Source: Chlamydiales bacterium
GTDB taxonomy: Bacteria; Chlamydiota; Chlamydiia; Chlamydiales; JBDQID01
Length of the DNA stretch: 36,335 nucleotides
NCBI GenBank assembly: GCA_047611865.1
Contig: JBLFWS010000012.1
Coordinates: 1 to 36,335, forward strand
Direction of reading: 5' to 3'
The first letter of the stretch is position 1, and every line of letters starts with the position of its first letter. Shown here piece by piece: positions 18,686 to 28,376 of this stretch. The translations under genes were made by a program, and so were the position numbers. The notes under the pieces were generated by a model. The model saw nothing but the letters and a program-made list of their open reading frames with translations. It ran no database searches and was not told the DNA's origin.

Positions 18686-19938
18686 GAGGTGACTTCTTTG
18701 AGTTTATGGAAAAAATGAAATAGGTCGACAAAGCTATTGTAGAGTGGAACGGGAGCTATTCTTAAAACATCAGGTTCTCGCCAATCTCCAATTATGCCAC
18801 TATCTTTGAGTTTTTTGTAATATTCAAGACCGTTTTTTTCAAAACGTATGGACAGTTGGCATCCGTGTTGGCTCTCTTCCTCTGGTGTGATTACAGATAA
18901 TAGAGAAGAGGGGAGAGTCTTAAGCAATGTCCTCATATATTTATGAAGCTTTTCGCTTTTTTCATTAAGTCGTGACATGCCACTTTCTTCGAAAAGATCC
19001 AGTGAGGGCAGGAGGGCTGCAAGAGAAAGTATAGGGGGGTTGCTGAGTTGCCATCCTTCGGCTCCATTGATTGGATCAAAGTTAGGTTCCATGAGAAAGC
19101 GTCGTCCTTTGTTGTGTCCCCACCATCCAGCAAAACGTTCTAACTCATGGTCATGGTGCCTTTCGTGAACAAAGCAAGCTCCTGGACAACCGGGTCCTCC
19201 GTTGAGGTATTTGTAAGTACACCATACAGCGAAATCGATGTTATCATCATGTAGCTTGAGCGGGATATTGCCTGCTGCATGGGCAAGGTCAAAGCCTACG
19301 GTACATCCGTGTGAGTGTCCGAGTTCGGCTATTTTTTTCATAGGGAGAGCTTGTCCGGAATAATAGTTCACTCCTTCCATCCAAATGAGAGCTATCTCAG
19401 ATCCATTTTTCTCTAGAGTGTCCTCCAGATCTTTAATTTCTACGAGACCATTATGAGAAGGAAGTGTTATCAGGGCATCTTCAGGGTCAAAACCATAATA
19501 CCGTAGCTGAGACTGCAAAGCATATTGGTCGGAGGGGAACATATGGGGATTGACGAGTATCTTATAACATTCCGGGGAGGGTCGGTAAAAGGAGACCATC
19601 ATCAGGTGAAGGTTTGCGGTCAGACTATTCATTACAACGACTTCTGATGATTTAGCCCCCACGATTTTAGCCATTTTATCGGTGAGGAGCTCGTGATAGG
19701 GTAGCCATGGCCTATTCTCTTTGAAGTGCCCCTCGACTCCTAATGCCTGCCAGTCCTGAAGTTCTTGAAAGACAGAGTCAGCAGCACCTTTAGCCTGGAG
19801 TCCCAATGAATTTCCCGCAAAGTAAAGGCTGTCCGTAGGAATAAAAAATTGTTGGCGAAAGGAGGCAAGAGGATCGTCTTTATCCAGCTGTTCGGCATAT
19901 TCGATAGAAGAAGGGCCGGTAACTTGATGTCTTTGCAT
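18682..19938 (-). CDS. kynU: Kynureninase (eukaryote-like type)
   Basis: YFAGNSLGLQ, MNSLTANLH, FDLAHAAGN, WCTYKYLNGGPG, GWWGH, WQLSNPP; ATGA overlap with kmo. Confidence 0.97.
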   Translation of the reverse strand: MQRHQVTGPSSIEYAEQLDKDDPLASFRQQFFIPTDSLYFAGNSLGLQAKGAADSVFQELQDWQALGVEGHFKENRPWLPYHELLTDKMAKIVGAKSSEVVVMNSLTANLHLMMVSFYRPSPECYKILVNPHMFPSDQYALQSQLRYYGFDPEDALITLPSHNGLVEIKDLEDTLEKNGSEIALIWMEGVNYYSGQALPMKKIAELGHSHGCTVGFDLAHAAGNIPLKLHDDNIDFAVWCTYKYLNGGPGCPGACFVHERHHDHELERFAGWWGHNKGRRFLMEPNFDPINGAEGWQLSNPPILSLAALLPSLDLFEESGMSRLNEKSEKLHKYMRTLLKTLPSSLLSVITPEEESQHGCQLSIRFEKNGLEYYKKLKDSGIIGDWREPDVLRIAPVPLYNSFVDLFHFFHKLKEVTS

Positions 19939-19941
19939 AGT

Positions 19942-20769
19942 CTATGCCTTTTTACTAGGGATAAGGGGAAATAATAATGGACGGCTGGGAGCTGCATCAC
20001 TCATAAAACAAGGAATTTGTATGTTCAAGAGATATTGTCCATCAGGGACATTATCGGGAACAAAAATCATTTCAGTGATGGTTTTGTCTTGTCGGACTTT
20101 TTGGTCTAAGGTTTTACTCCCTGGTGCTACGCCCCAAAAAAGTCGATGGATAGCAAGATGCCCGCCGTCAGAGGCTCTGTCCACAGAAGGAAGGTCAACG
20201 AGTAGGTGGCGCACTCCTTTTTTTACGAGGTAAGCCATGGCTTCAAGGGAGAAAAAAGCAGGAGGGTTTTTAAGATAACATCGATGTCTTTTGTCCGTGG
20301 GATTGGGAAGGGTTCGTATGACTAAGCCTTCACAGAATTCTTCTTCGCAATGGTCCAATGCCTTAGTAAGAGAGGCTTTAGTGATGAGCTGGTCTTTGGG
20401 GTCTTTTTCTGGGAGGTAGCTATCGTCGGATTCCCCGCCACGAAGGGGGGTAACAGAGATGACAGTACATGCAATGAAGGATTCGGAAAAACAGCTGTTA
20501 ACAGCTAGTCTCTCATCGGTAATGTGCCCGACACATTCCGTATGGGTGCCATTACTATGGGGTGTCAGGATGAGTTGTTCCCAGTTCACACTCCCTTTAA
20601 GGCGTGTGTCGCCGATCATTCCTGGAACTTCCCTAGGGGTGGAGATTGCCGGAGAAACACCATGAGGGTTGGGCTGGCTTTCATTGAAATGGAGGGGGAT
20701 AGCGATAGGAATAGGCTTCTGTCTATCTACTTCATAATTTTGAGAGTTTATGGTGACAGTAATTTTCAA
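19942..20769 (-). CDS. kynB: Cyclase-family metal hydrolase, probable kynurenine formamidase
   Basis: PHSNGTHTEC, LLVDLPSVD, H..FW, ITEM, DAAPSRP; first gene of the operon with kynU and kmo. Confidence 0.75.
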   Translation of the reverse strand: MKITVTINSQNYEVDRQKPIPIAIPLHFNESQPNPHGVSPAISTPREVPGMIGDTRLKGSVNWEQLILTPHSNGTHTECVGHITDERLAVNSCFSESFIACTVISVTPLRGGESDDSYLPEKDPKDQLITKASLTKALDHCEEEFCEGLVIRTLPNPTDKRHRCYLKNPPAFFSLEAMAYLVKKGVRHLLVDLPSVDRASDGGHLAIHRLFWGVAPGSKTLDQKVRQDKTITEMIFVPDNVPDGQYLLNIQIPCFMSDAAPSRPLLFPLIPSKKA

Positions 20770-20906
20770 AAGGACCTCAGGTGAAAAAAAACGAGAAGAA
20801 GCAAGATCTTAGCATAATAAATAAACTTGATGTTATGAAAAACTGCAATCAGATGTTTCCAGATTTATATACGAACCGATTGGTATTTTTACACCTCCTA
20901 TCTCCA

Positions 20907-20944
20907 GTATACCGAAACCAATCATGGAACTTGTTTCGGTATAC
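20907..20944. promoter_or_regulatory. Inverted repeat upstream of the kynB-kynU-kmo operon
   Basis: gtataccgaaac-N14-gtttcggtatac, perfect 12-bp arms; function unknown. Confidence 0.4.
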
Positions 20945-20979
20945 AAAAAAAATACGCGAAGAAACGAGATCTTCGCGTA
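20945..20979 (-). terminator. Rho-independent terminator of the cold-shock gene
   Basis: tacgcgaaga-N7-tcttcgcgta stem followed by T8 on the minus strand. Confidence 0.85.
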
Positions 20980-21015
20980 ATAAATGGACTAGATTATATG
21001 AGAACCGTAAGCCTT

Positions 21016-21231
21016 TTACAAGGCGGAAACATTTGAAGCTTCTGGGCCTTTGCGTCCTTCACCTTTTTCATATTCTACTTTTTGACCTTCATCAAGGTTC
21101 CCGTCTCCACCAACAATAGAAGTGGCATGAACAAAGAGATCTTTGCTCCCATCGTCGGGAGTAATAAAGCCATACCCTTTTTGAGTATTAAAGAATTTGA
21201 CAGTACCTGTTAATTTTTCATCTGATGACAC
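21016..21231 (-). CDS. cspA: Cold-shock protein
   Basis: [33 protein letters not shown] start at 21231 with GGAG RBS. Confidence 0.95.
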   Translation of the reverse strand: MSSDEKLTGTVKFFNTQKGYGFITPDDGSKDLFVHATSIVGGDGNLDEGQKVEYEKGEGRKGPEASNVSAL

Positions 21232-21436
21232 TTGATGTTCTCCGTTTATTGTATTCTCACTTAATGAAAAACGCGCCCATGAGCATCGTATATAGTTTTC
21301 CAAGACCATGCTGGAATAGTAAAGCATCCCAACATTACATGACGTCCTTTTTTATTTCTTCATTTTCTAGGACCGTTTTGAAATAAATTTTATAAGCGGT
21401 TTAAAACAAATTATTGTGATGCTAAAAAACGTTGGG

Positions 21437-22288
21437 TTATCTAGGGATATCCTCTTGTGAAAGAGAAATTTTTTCACGGTTTAGCCAGTAGTCTTTCCCA
21501 TAGTCTACGGTTAGGTGAGTGCCCTTGCATATGCTTGCTCCCGCAATGAAAACGAGGTGTAATATCCCTCTGTCTACAAGACAAACAGGGGTTAAGTTGG
21601 GTGTGTCGCTATGATTGATGAAACGTAAGATGTTTGCTCCTTTGAGAGCGTCCACCATCAAAACGTTTCCGCTCCAGTAGTTGGTGGGGTATAGCATGCA
21701 GTAGGGGTTATGATTGGGTGCTTTAGAGTCCAGGGGTCTGATGTTGCCAGTATACTCTCCGATGTAATCACCAAGGTTTAACTCGTCGTTGGTGTACACC
21801 CCATAGCCAATTTCATCGTGGACCCATTTGATGGTCATGTCAGGAGTGTAGCCTGAGGAGAGTTCTTTCTGGTAGCGCCTACTCAGAGAGCGGTTCTGCC
21901 TTCCAAAATAGCTCCATTTTATTGCCCATGGACATTGCCTGATGATTTCTTTGAGATAGGCGTAATCCTTGAAGTATTGAAAGGGAAGATAGCGGGTTTT
22001 GAAGAGTTCTTCAAACTCGCTTTCGCTATATTCAGATAAAAGAGCTTCTCCTTTGAGGGCCACCTTGATTTTTCTTGGGTTCTCGGGTTGCAATATTTGC
22101 ACGCATTTTCTTTTGTCGAGCAGTCGGGCGATCTCTAAAGCCGTGAAGCCCAGAGAGTTCCTGCTTAGCATGAGTTCTTCATCTTCACGCAAAGTCATTA
22201 GTTGTTTGTAGTCGTTAAAAAGAACTGCAATATGAAGGGGGGTCTCTTCAGCTTTTCTACGAAAAAACACAGGTTTACCTTTTTTCAA
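21437..22288 (-). CDS. Ankyrin + SET-domain protein lysine methyltransferase
   Basis: TPLHIAV and GFTALEIA ankyrin-like motifs; SET motifs GYGVYT, IGEYTG, RFINHS, LTVDYG; start codon uncertain. Confidence 0.9.
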   Translation of the reverse strand: MKKGKPVFFRRKAEETPLHIAVLFNDYKQLMTLREDEELMLSRNSLGFTALEIARLLDKRKCVQILQPENPRKIKVALKGEALLSEYSESEFEELFKTRYLPFQYFKDYAYLKEIIRQCPWAIKWSYFGRQNRSLSRRYQKELSSGYTPDMTIKWVHDEIGYGVYTNDELNLGDYIGEYTGNIRPLDSKAPNHNPYCMLYPTNYWSGNVLMVDALKGANILRFINHSDTPNLTPVCLVDRGILHLVFIAGASICKGTHLTVDYGKDYWLNREKISLSQEDIPR

Positions 22289-22335
22289 AAAATGATGTAC
22301 GTTACAGAATATACCATAATTCGCAAGGAGTGGAA

Positions 22336-23685
22336 ATGACTAAAAAAGCAGTAGCTGGATCATTGGCTAATCCGTTTATTGAAGGGTGTGGAAAGAGGTT
22401 TGAGGAAAGCCCCAAAAACCTTCTGGCATGTAACGCAGCCACTCATGTGGATTTGACAAAAGTTTCCATGTCGAGAGACAGGTTTTACGGAGTAAATCAT
22501 GTGTTTTCCCATCAGGTCAAGCTGGAAGGTAAAGCGACCAACCAAAAGTCGACTGGCAGATGTTGGATATTTGCTGCACTTAATGTGATGCGTCTTCCTC
22601 TGATGAAAAAATATAAGCTTGATGAATTTGAGTTCTCTCAATCCTATCTCTTTTTTTGGGATAAATTCGAAAAAGCTAACTTTTTCCTGGAAAATATTAT
22701 AAGTACACGGGACGAAGACCTTAAAGGTAGGCTTGTGATGTGGTTACTGGGAACTCCCGTTGCCGACGGAGGGCAGTGGCATATGTTCGTTAACCTCGTC
22801 AAAAAATACGGGGTGGTACCTAAGGATGTTATGAAGGAGAGTTTTAGCTCTAGTAATTCCGCAAGAACAAATGCTCTATTGAATGCAAAATTACGAGAGT
22901 TTGCAGGTGAACTCCGGGCAATGAATAAAAAAAATGCGAGCTTGAGCGAGATCCGTAAGAAAAAAAACGAGATGATGGAAGAAGTATACCGAATACTTCG
23001 TATTTTTTTAGGAGAACCTCCCAAGAAATTCGATTGGCACTTCCGTGATAAGAAAAAGAAATACTGCTCTTTTACAGGCTTATCCCCACAGGATTTCCTT
23101 AAAAAACATGTACCCTACAAGGTAGAAGATAAGATCTGCTTGATCAACGCTCCTACCAAGGACAAACCCTATAACAAGCTCTATACCGTGCAATTTCTAG
23201 GTAATGTTGTAGGAGGAGAAATTGTTACTTATGTAAACCTCGACACCAGCTCTTTGAGAAACTATGCCGTCTCATCTCTTAAAGGGGGAGAAGCTGTATG
23301 GTTTGGTTGCGATGTAGGTAAACATTTCGACAGGGACTTGGGGATTATGGATATGGAGTTATTCGACTACCAGCTGGTCTTTGAGACAAAACTAAATCAA
23401 AATAAGGCTGATCGCCTGGATTATGGACAAAGTCAAATGACCCATGCCATGGTATTGACAGGTGTAGATCTTAAAGGTCGCTCTGCGTCCAAATGGCGGG
23501 TAGAAAATTCCTGGGGAGATAAGCATGGGGAAAAGGGCTATTGTGTAATGACAGATGACTGGTTTGATCAATATCTCTACGAAATTGTCATCGACAAAAA
23601 GTATGTTCCCAAAAAAGTGCGAGACATCCTTAAGCAAAAGCCTAAAGTATTGCTTCCGTGGGATCCAATGGGTAGCTTGGCTTAA
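22336..23685 (+). CDS. pepC: Aminopeptidase C / bleomycin hydrolase (peptidase C1B)
   Basis: NQKSTGRCW, FSQSYLFFWDKFEK, MTHAM, WRVENSWG, PWDPMGSLA end; AAGGAG RBS before ATG 22336. Confidence 0.96.
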   Translation: MTKKAVAGSLANPFIEGCGKRFEESPKNLLACNAATHVDLTKVSMSRDRFYGVNHVFSHQVKLEGKATNQKSTGRCWIFAALNVMRLPLMKKYKLDEFEFSQSYLFFWDKFEKANFFLENIISTRDEDLKGRLVMWLLGTPVADGGQWHMFVNLVKKYGVVPKDVMKESFSSSNSARTNALLNAKLREFAGELRAMNKKNASLSEIRKKKNEMMEEVYRILRIFLGEPPKKFDWHFRDKKKKYCSFTGLSPQDFLKKHVPYKVEDKICLINAPTKDKPYNKLYTVQFLGNVVGGEIVTYVNLDTSSLRNYAVSSLKGGEAVWFGCDVGKHFDRDLGIMDMELFDYQLVFETKLNQNKADRLDYGQSQMTHAMVLTGVDLKGRSASKWRVENSWGDKHGEKGYCVMTDDWFDQYLYEIVIDKKYVPKKVRDILKQKPKVLLPWDPMGSLA

Positions 23686-23691
23686 TTATTA

Positions 23692-24026
23692 ACCTTACGC
23701 GCAACCCACGAAGTGGGTTTTAAGAATGTAGCCCAGTGCAAGTGCGAGGAGCTAGCGACGAGACACGCAGCTCTGGGTATCTGGAAAAGCGATTATTGTA
23801 CCCTTGAAAAGGGTACTGGAGTTTCATAAATCTCGAATAGTAGGATAGAACTGATTCATCGAATTCCTGCACCACTCTTCGAGGGTGCAGGTTAATACCT
23901 CCAATTACCCAGAGCTGTGTGTCTCAGTCGCAAGCTCCTTCGCACTTGCACTGGGCTACACTCCATAACCCACATTCGTGGGTGCGGGTACTTAAACTTA
24001 GAAGAGGCTATACTGTCGCGTAAGGT
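23692..24026. mobile_element. REPIN/MITE-like element: inverted doublet of repeat family A with 10-bp terminal inverted repeats
   Basis: Arms 23703-23826 and 23861-23983 are reverse complements; accttacgcg (23692-23701) and cgcgtaaggt (24017-24026); ttaatta on both flanks. Confidence 0.65.
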
Positions 24027-24203
24027 CAGTTAATTAATTTTTCTAATTTTGACAATTTCAGAAGAATATTAAGGAGGGCTTGCCCCCTTTTTTTCGCATA
24101 GAACTTCTGTGCTGATTTTTTTCGAAAAGTGAGGAATATGAAAGGTTAAGCAGTGTCTCAGTGATGCTATAGCAAGACTTTGGAGTAATGCAGTGTATTC
24201 AGC

Positions 24204-24554
24204 TTAGTATACGGTAGGTAGTTTAAAGGCATTCGCTAATGATGCCGTACGTATTTGGCTCATGGCGTAAGCTTCGTCTTTACTCATATTTTGAGTAGGG
24301 GTATTTTGAGTGGTTTTGCCACCTGATTGACTGGCCAGGTTAAGAAGAACCATCATCTTCGCTAATCCCTTATCAGCTATACTGATGGAATCAAACTTAG
24401 GAAGGCCAACACTTGGGAGAGACTGGGAGGTATTAGAAGAAACAGGGGAATTGGGGGCAACATCATGTATGGAGGAATCTAACCCGTGCTGGGCTGCATA
24501 CTCAGGAAAGTTGTTGATGAGATCCTGGTGTGGATTCGAAGCTATTGATGTCAT
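24204..24554 (-). CDS. Small hypothetical protein (Ser/Pro/Asn-rich, effector-like)
   Basis: 116-aa ATG ORF with purine-rich RBS; low-complexity N-terminus MTSIASNP. Confidence 0.6.
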   Translation of the reverse strand: MTSIASNPHQDLINNFPEYAAQHGLDSSIHDVAPNSPVSSNTSQSLPSVGLPKFDSISIADKGLAKMMVLLNLASQSGGKTTQNTPTQNMSKDEAYAMSQIRTASLANAFKLPTVY

Positions 24555-24763
24555 GTCTTATCCCTTCTATTTTCTTTTATGGACTTAATTATAGCATACG
24601 TAGTCAGTTATAGTATTAATACTATGTTAAGATCAGGTTAATTTGCACATTATGGATCTTGTATTTTTATGTCTAGCGGAGATTTATCTCATTATTTTTT
24701 CTTAGAGCTGGATTGCCACTCAAATGTGTTCATTGAGCTTAGATTTCTGTTCAGATGTGCAGT

Positions 24764-24835
<72 letters not shown>

Positions 24836-24970
24836 CAGCACAGGCTCATGAATTGGCTTTTGGACTTGTTTCGGATCCTAGATCCAGGCTATTCCTTAAG
24901 TCTTCTAGATGATAATCCGATGATTGGGTTGGAGGGCTAGCTCCTCAGTAAAAGAAACAGGGGAAAGGGT

Positions 24971-26476
24971 ATGGGGTCACAAATTAAAAAGATCATCATT
25001 TTCGGTGGTGGGACGAGCGGCTGGTTAACAGCTGCTTATATGACAAAGAATTTAACTAATTCTACAGAAATATGCTTAATTGAAGATACTTCATCGGGCC
25101 CTATAGGAGTCGGTGAAGGTACCCAACCCCTTACGGCTCAGTTCTTATATCGCTGTGGAATAGAGCCGAGGCATTGGATGAAGCCCAGTAATGCCTCTTT
25201 TAAATACGGTGTAGAGCTAAGTGGTTGGAATAAAGACCCATACTTTGTGGATAATGATAATGTAAATAATTATTTTCCTTCCAAAAGTCTTTCTGTAGGA
25301 AAGTACTTCTACAACAGACCTATCCAAGAATATTTTGATTGGTATCCAGCATACAAACTGGCAAAAAACAATAGGTCTCCTAAATTATCCTCAGATAAAG
25401 ATGTCAATTTTAGTATTGATCTGGATAGCTATGGAGCTGTTCACTTTTCGGCATATGATATAATTGAGACCATCAAGCATGTTATATTAGATAAAATTAC
25501 TTATGTTGATGTGAAAATAAGTGATGTTGAATCAGACGAAAAGGGAATAAGCAAACTAATAGCTGGTAAAGAGGTATATACCGCAGATTTGTATCTTGAC
25601 TGTAGTGGATTTTCAAGCCTTCTTCTCGAGAAAACATTAGATAGCGAATTTATTCCTTATAGCAAGTGGCTGTTGTGTGATAGCGCTGTAGCTATGCCAA
25701 CAAAATATAATGATGCTAAGAAAGAATGTCATCCCTACACAAAAGCGACGACGATGAAAGCTGGCTGGCGTTGGACTATACCTACATATAACAGAGTGGG
25801 TAATGGTTATGTTTACAGTTCAAGGTTTATAGATGGTGAACAAGCAGAACTAGAGTTGCGCGAGACATTAAGGGATTTTGAAACTCCCGTGAAGCATATA
25901 AAAATGAAATGCGGAACTCATAAGGAAGTAGCCAAAAAAAACGTATGTGGGGTTGGTCTCAGTTCAGGGTTTATTGAGCCATTAGAAGCCACAGGAATTA
26001 CATTTACTACAAGCATAGTAGAATATATTACGGCTAGATTAAATATGTCAAATTCTAATTGGACTTCAGAAATTGTAGAGTCAACAAATAGGTGTTTTTA
26101 TGAAATGAGTATAGAAATATTTACTTTTGTCTGGGTTCATTACCATTTCAGCTCACGAAAAGATACGAGATTTTGGAAGGAAGTGAGGAGGCAAAAGATA
26201 GAGGATTTGCCAATAGATGCAAAGTATGTGTTATCTCAATATTATCCAGATCCTAAGAATTTTATGTTTTTTAGCGATCAATCCATGTTTAGCTCTATGC
26301 AGTGGTTTAGCATTCTTCACGCTGGCGGGGCTTATAAAAATGCAAAGAAGAATCTCTCAGCAGATGAAGAGAAATACATAAAGTATTTTATGAACACACA
26401 GGATAGGCGTGTAGCATTAGCAAATGAACTATTTCCTAATCATCACGATTTCTTAAGTCAATGGTATAGCGAATAA
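24971..26476 (+). CDS. Flavin-dependent halogenase (tryptophan halogenase family)
   Basis: GGGTSGW, IGVGEGT, catalytic Lys in FKYGV, DCSGF, WRWTIP, GYVYSS, FIEPLEATGI. Confidence 0.92.
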   Translation: MGSQIKKIIIFGGGTSGWLTAAYMTKNLTNSTEICLIEDTSSGPIGVGEGTQPLTAQFLYRCGIEPRHWMKPSNASFKYGVELSGWNKDPYFVDNDNVNNYFPSKSLSVGKYFYNRPIQEYFDWYPAYKLAKNNRSPKLSSDKDVNFSIDLDSYGAVHFSAYDIIETIKHVILDKITYVDVKISDVESDEKGISKLIAGKEVYTADLYLDCSGFSSLLLEKTLDSEFIPYSKWLLCDSAVAMPTKYNDAKKECHPYTKATTMKAGWRWTIPTYNRVGNGYVYSSRFIDGEQAELELRETLRDFETPVKHIKMKCGTHKEVAKKNVCGVGLSSGFIEPLEATGITFTTSIVEYITARLNMSNSNWTSEIVESTNRCFYEMSIEIFTFVWVHYHFSSRKDTRFWKEVRRQKIEDLPIDAKYVLSQYYPDPKNFMFFSDQSMFSSMQWFSILHAGGAYKNAKKNLSADEEKYIKYFMNTQDRRVALANELFPNHHDFLSQWYSE

Positions 26477-26834
26477 AGGCAAGGGGCTGGGAAAACGGCA
26501 GGGCGTTGCATTAGGTTTTGGATTTTGACCTCCTAAAGTTATTAAACTCAGGACCAAAACTTTTTAGACTCCTCTGCAGGGAAGACTACACTTGTGATGA
26601 GTGCTTGCCCCTTTTTTAGGAGTAGAGTCGCTTCCTTGTCGCGACAAAAAGTACCCAAAGCACTACAACACTTCACGATGAATATTTGGGTGACAATCCG
26701 GGTCTTAGAAGATATGTTACGTATGATGTATATGAATCTTAGATGGCACAAACCTTTATGGATAGGCAGCTTTTGATATTTATGATTCGACTGTAGTAAC
26801 GGATAGGGAAAGGACTATACTTGTTAGGAGCGAA

Positions 26835-27149
26835 CTAAATGCTTGAACCTCCCATACAAGGAGGAGAGTCGGTATTCCTTTGTGTTCTTGCCTCCCATTC
26901 ATCAGGGGTCATAGCGTGGATTGCCAGAGCGTGAATGTCGTTTTTTAACTCTTCGGAAAGGATGGTATTAATAGTACGATGCCTTTCTAAAAGAGGCTTC
27001 TTTAGAAAAAGCGTGGACACCACTACAAGCTTGAAATGAGATTCGGACCCTTCCGGCACATTGTGTTGGTGGCTTTCGTTGATGAGTTCCAGATGAAGGG
27101 GCTTTAGTTCTTCCAGAAGCTTCTTTTCTATACGTGTTTGTATTTTCAT
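26835..27149 (-). CDS. bolA: BolA family protein
   Basis: NESHQHNVPEGSESHFKLVVVS..RHR..IHALAIH..SPPCMGG. Confidence 0.95.
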   Translation of the reverse strand: MKIQTRIEKKLLEELKPLHLELINESHQHNVPEGSESHFKLVVVSTLFLKKPLLERHRTINTILSEELKNDIHALAIHAMTPDEWEARTQRNTDSPPCMGGSSI

Positions 27150-27153
27150 ATTT

Positions 27154-28119
27154 TCAAGTAAAGTTTTCTTTGGTCCATGTGATCAGCTCTTCCCATTCTT
27201 TGGGATGTTTTTTGGGGAAGCCTTTGGCGTATTCCAGGAGATAATGTACTTTTTCTGTTGCATCTAAGTCAATACGTTCTTCCATGAGTGGATCGAAGCG
27301 GAGGAAGTTATCTCCTAAAAAACGTTTGCAATTCTGTTCTACCAAACAAACCGTTGTGTCCATCACGAGAGAGAAAAGAGGGATGGAAGGGGTGGTGGTA
27401 AAACCCAAACTGAATGGGTTGAGCCATGAAAGAGGTCCAGCATTTGTGTGACCATTTTCGTCGGTGGCAAAGGTTCGGGGGACATAGCCTGACCCTAAGG
27501 AAAGTAAGCGGATATTGGAGAGTTCTTTTTTTGTATCTCCAGAGGGATCACAAGCTAGTGATAAGGCAGCCATGCTGGGATTTTGCGATGCGACAGCGCC
27601 ATCGATATATCCTTGGTAGGAGGGGAAATAAGTAGGCGCTGCTGAGCTGCGCATGACAGCATCGAAGAGGGAGGGAGGTTTTTCTGTGCTGTTAATGTTG
27701 GAAAAAATACAGGGAACCCAATGTCCTTTGCCGTTGGATAGCTTACAGGATGTGACCATGATATGTTTTGGTAAGCTGTCGAGGGGGTCGCTATGGAGGA
27801 TGTCACCATGGGAGAGCTGATTTTCCAAGCGTTTCTTTCCGGCCTCATTGGAGTATTTACAGTGAAAGTAAAATAGGGACATCTTACTGTAGCGAGGGAA
27901 ATAGTCGTCGGGGTTTTCATAGAATTCCAGAACCTTTTTTGGAGGCTGTCCCGATGCAAGGCACATAGCGACCATAGCGCCTCCCGAAGTTCCAGCAAAG
28001 AGGTCAACCTTTGAAAGAAAATCGACTTCTTCAGCCAGTATGGCAAGAATTTGTGCACTAAGTATCGTGCGTACTCCGCCGCCGTCAAAGCTCAGAATAC
28101 GATAAGGAGAGTCTGTCAT
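27154..28119 (-). CDS. Patatin-like phospholipase
   Basis: DGGGVR, GTSGG nucleophile, SSAAPTYFP, DGA, LSLGSG. Confidence 0.93.
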   Translation of the reverse strand: MTDSPYRILSFDGGGVRTILSAQILAILAEEVDFLSKVDLFAGTSGGAMVAMCLASGQPPKKVLEFYENPDDYFPRYSKMSLFYFHCKYSNEAGKKRLENQLSHGDILHSDPLDSLPKHIMVTSCKLSNGKGHWVPCIFSNINSTEKPPSLFDAVMRSSAAPTYFPSYQGYIDGAVASQNPSMAALSLACDPSGDTKKELSNIRLLSLGSGYVPRTFATDENGHTNAGPLSWLNPFSLGFTTTPSIPLFSLVMDTTVCLVEQNCKRFLGDNFLRFDPLMEERIDLDATEKVHYLLEYAKGFPKKHPKEWEELITWTKENFT

Positions 28120-28376
28120 GAATTCATCAAAACATTAGTGTTTCTGGAAGTTGTCAATGTATAAAATACATGAAAACATTGCAAGGGCGTTCCTCAGATT
28201 TCGAGTTGAGACCTATTTCTCGGAAGTGGCATTTTTAACTGCCTATATTACGCCAATATACAAATCCTTGGTTAAATAATTTGGCTTACCCTATAAGAAA
28301 GCGGTTGGCTTCTGTAAGAGAATGACCAGCACCATATAAGACTTATAACTTAATAAAAGAATTATGGGGAGCGACC

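Noticed and set aside
6489..20769. De novo NAD biosynthesis cluster
   Set aside because: No nadC in the window, and ACMSD with the downstream enzymes points to catabolism; NAD synthesis through genes elsewhere is not excluded.
23692..24026. CRISPR array or tRNA
   Set aside because: Copies are inverted or dispersed, with no repeat-spacer periodicity, no cas genes and no cloverleaf or T-loop consensus.
26477..26834. Short ORFs or gene remnant after the halogenase
   Set aside because: No recognisable motif in the frames I read; cannot be supported without a search.
27154..28119. Patatin as a CBASS (CapV-like) defence effector
   Set aside because: No CD-NTase or other CBASS gene nearby; it is adjacent to bolA.
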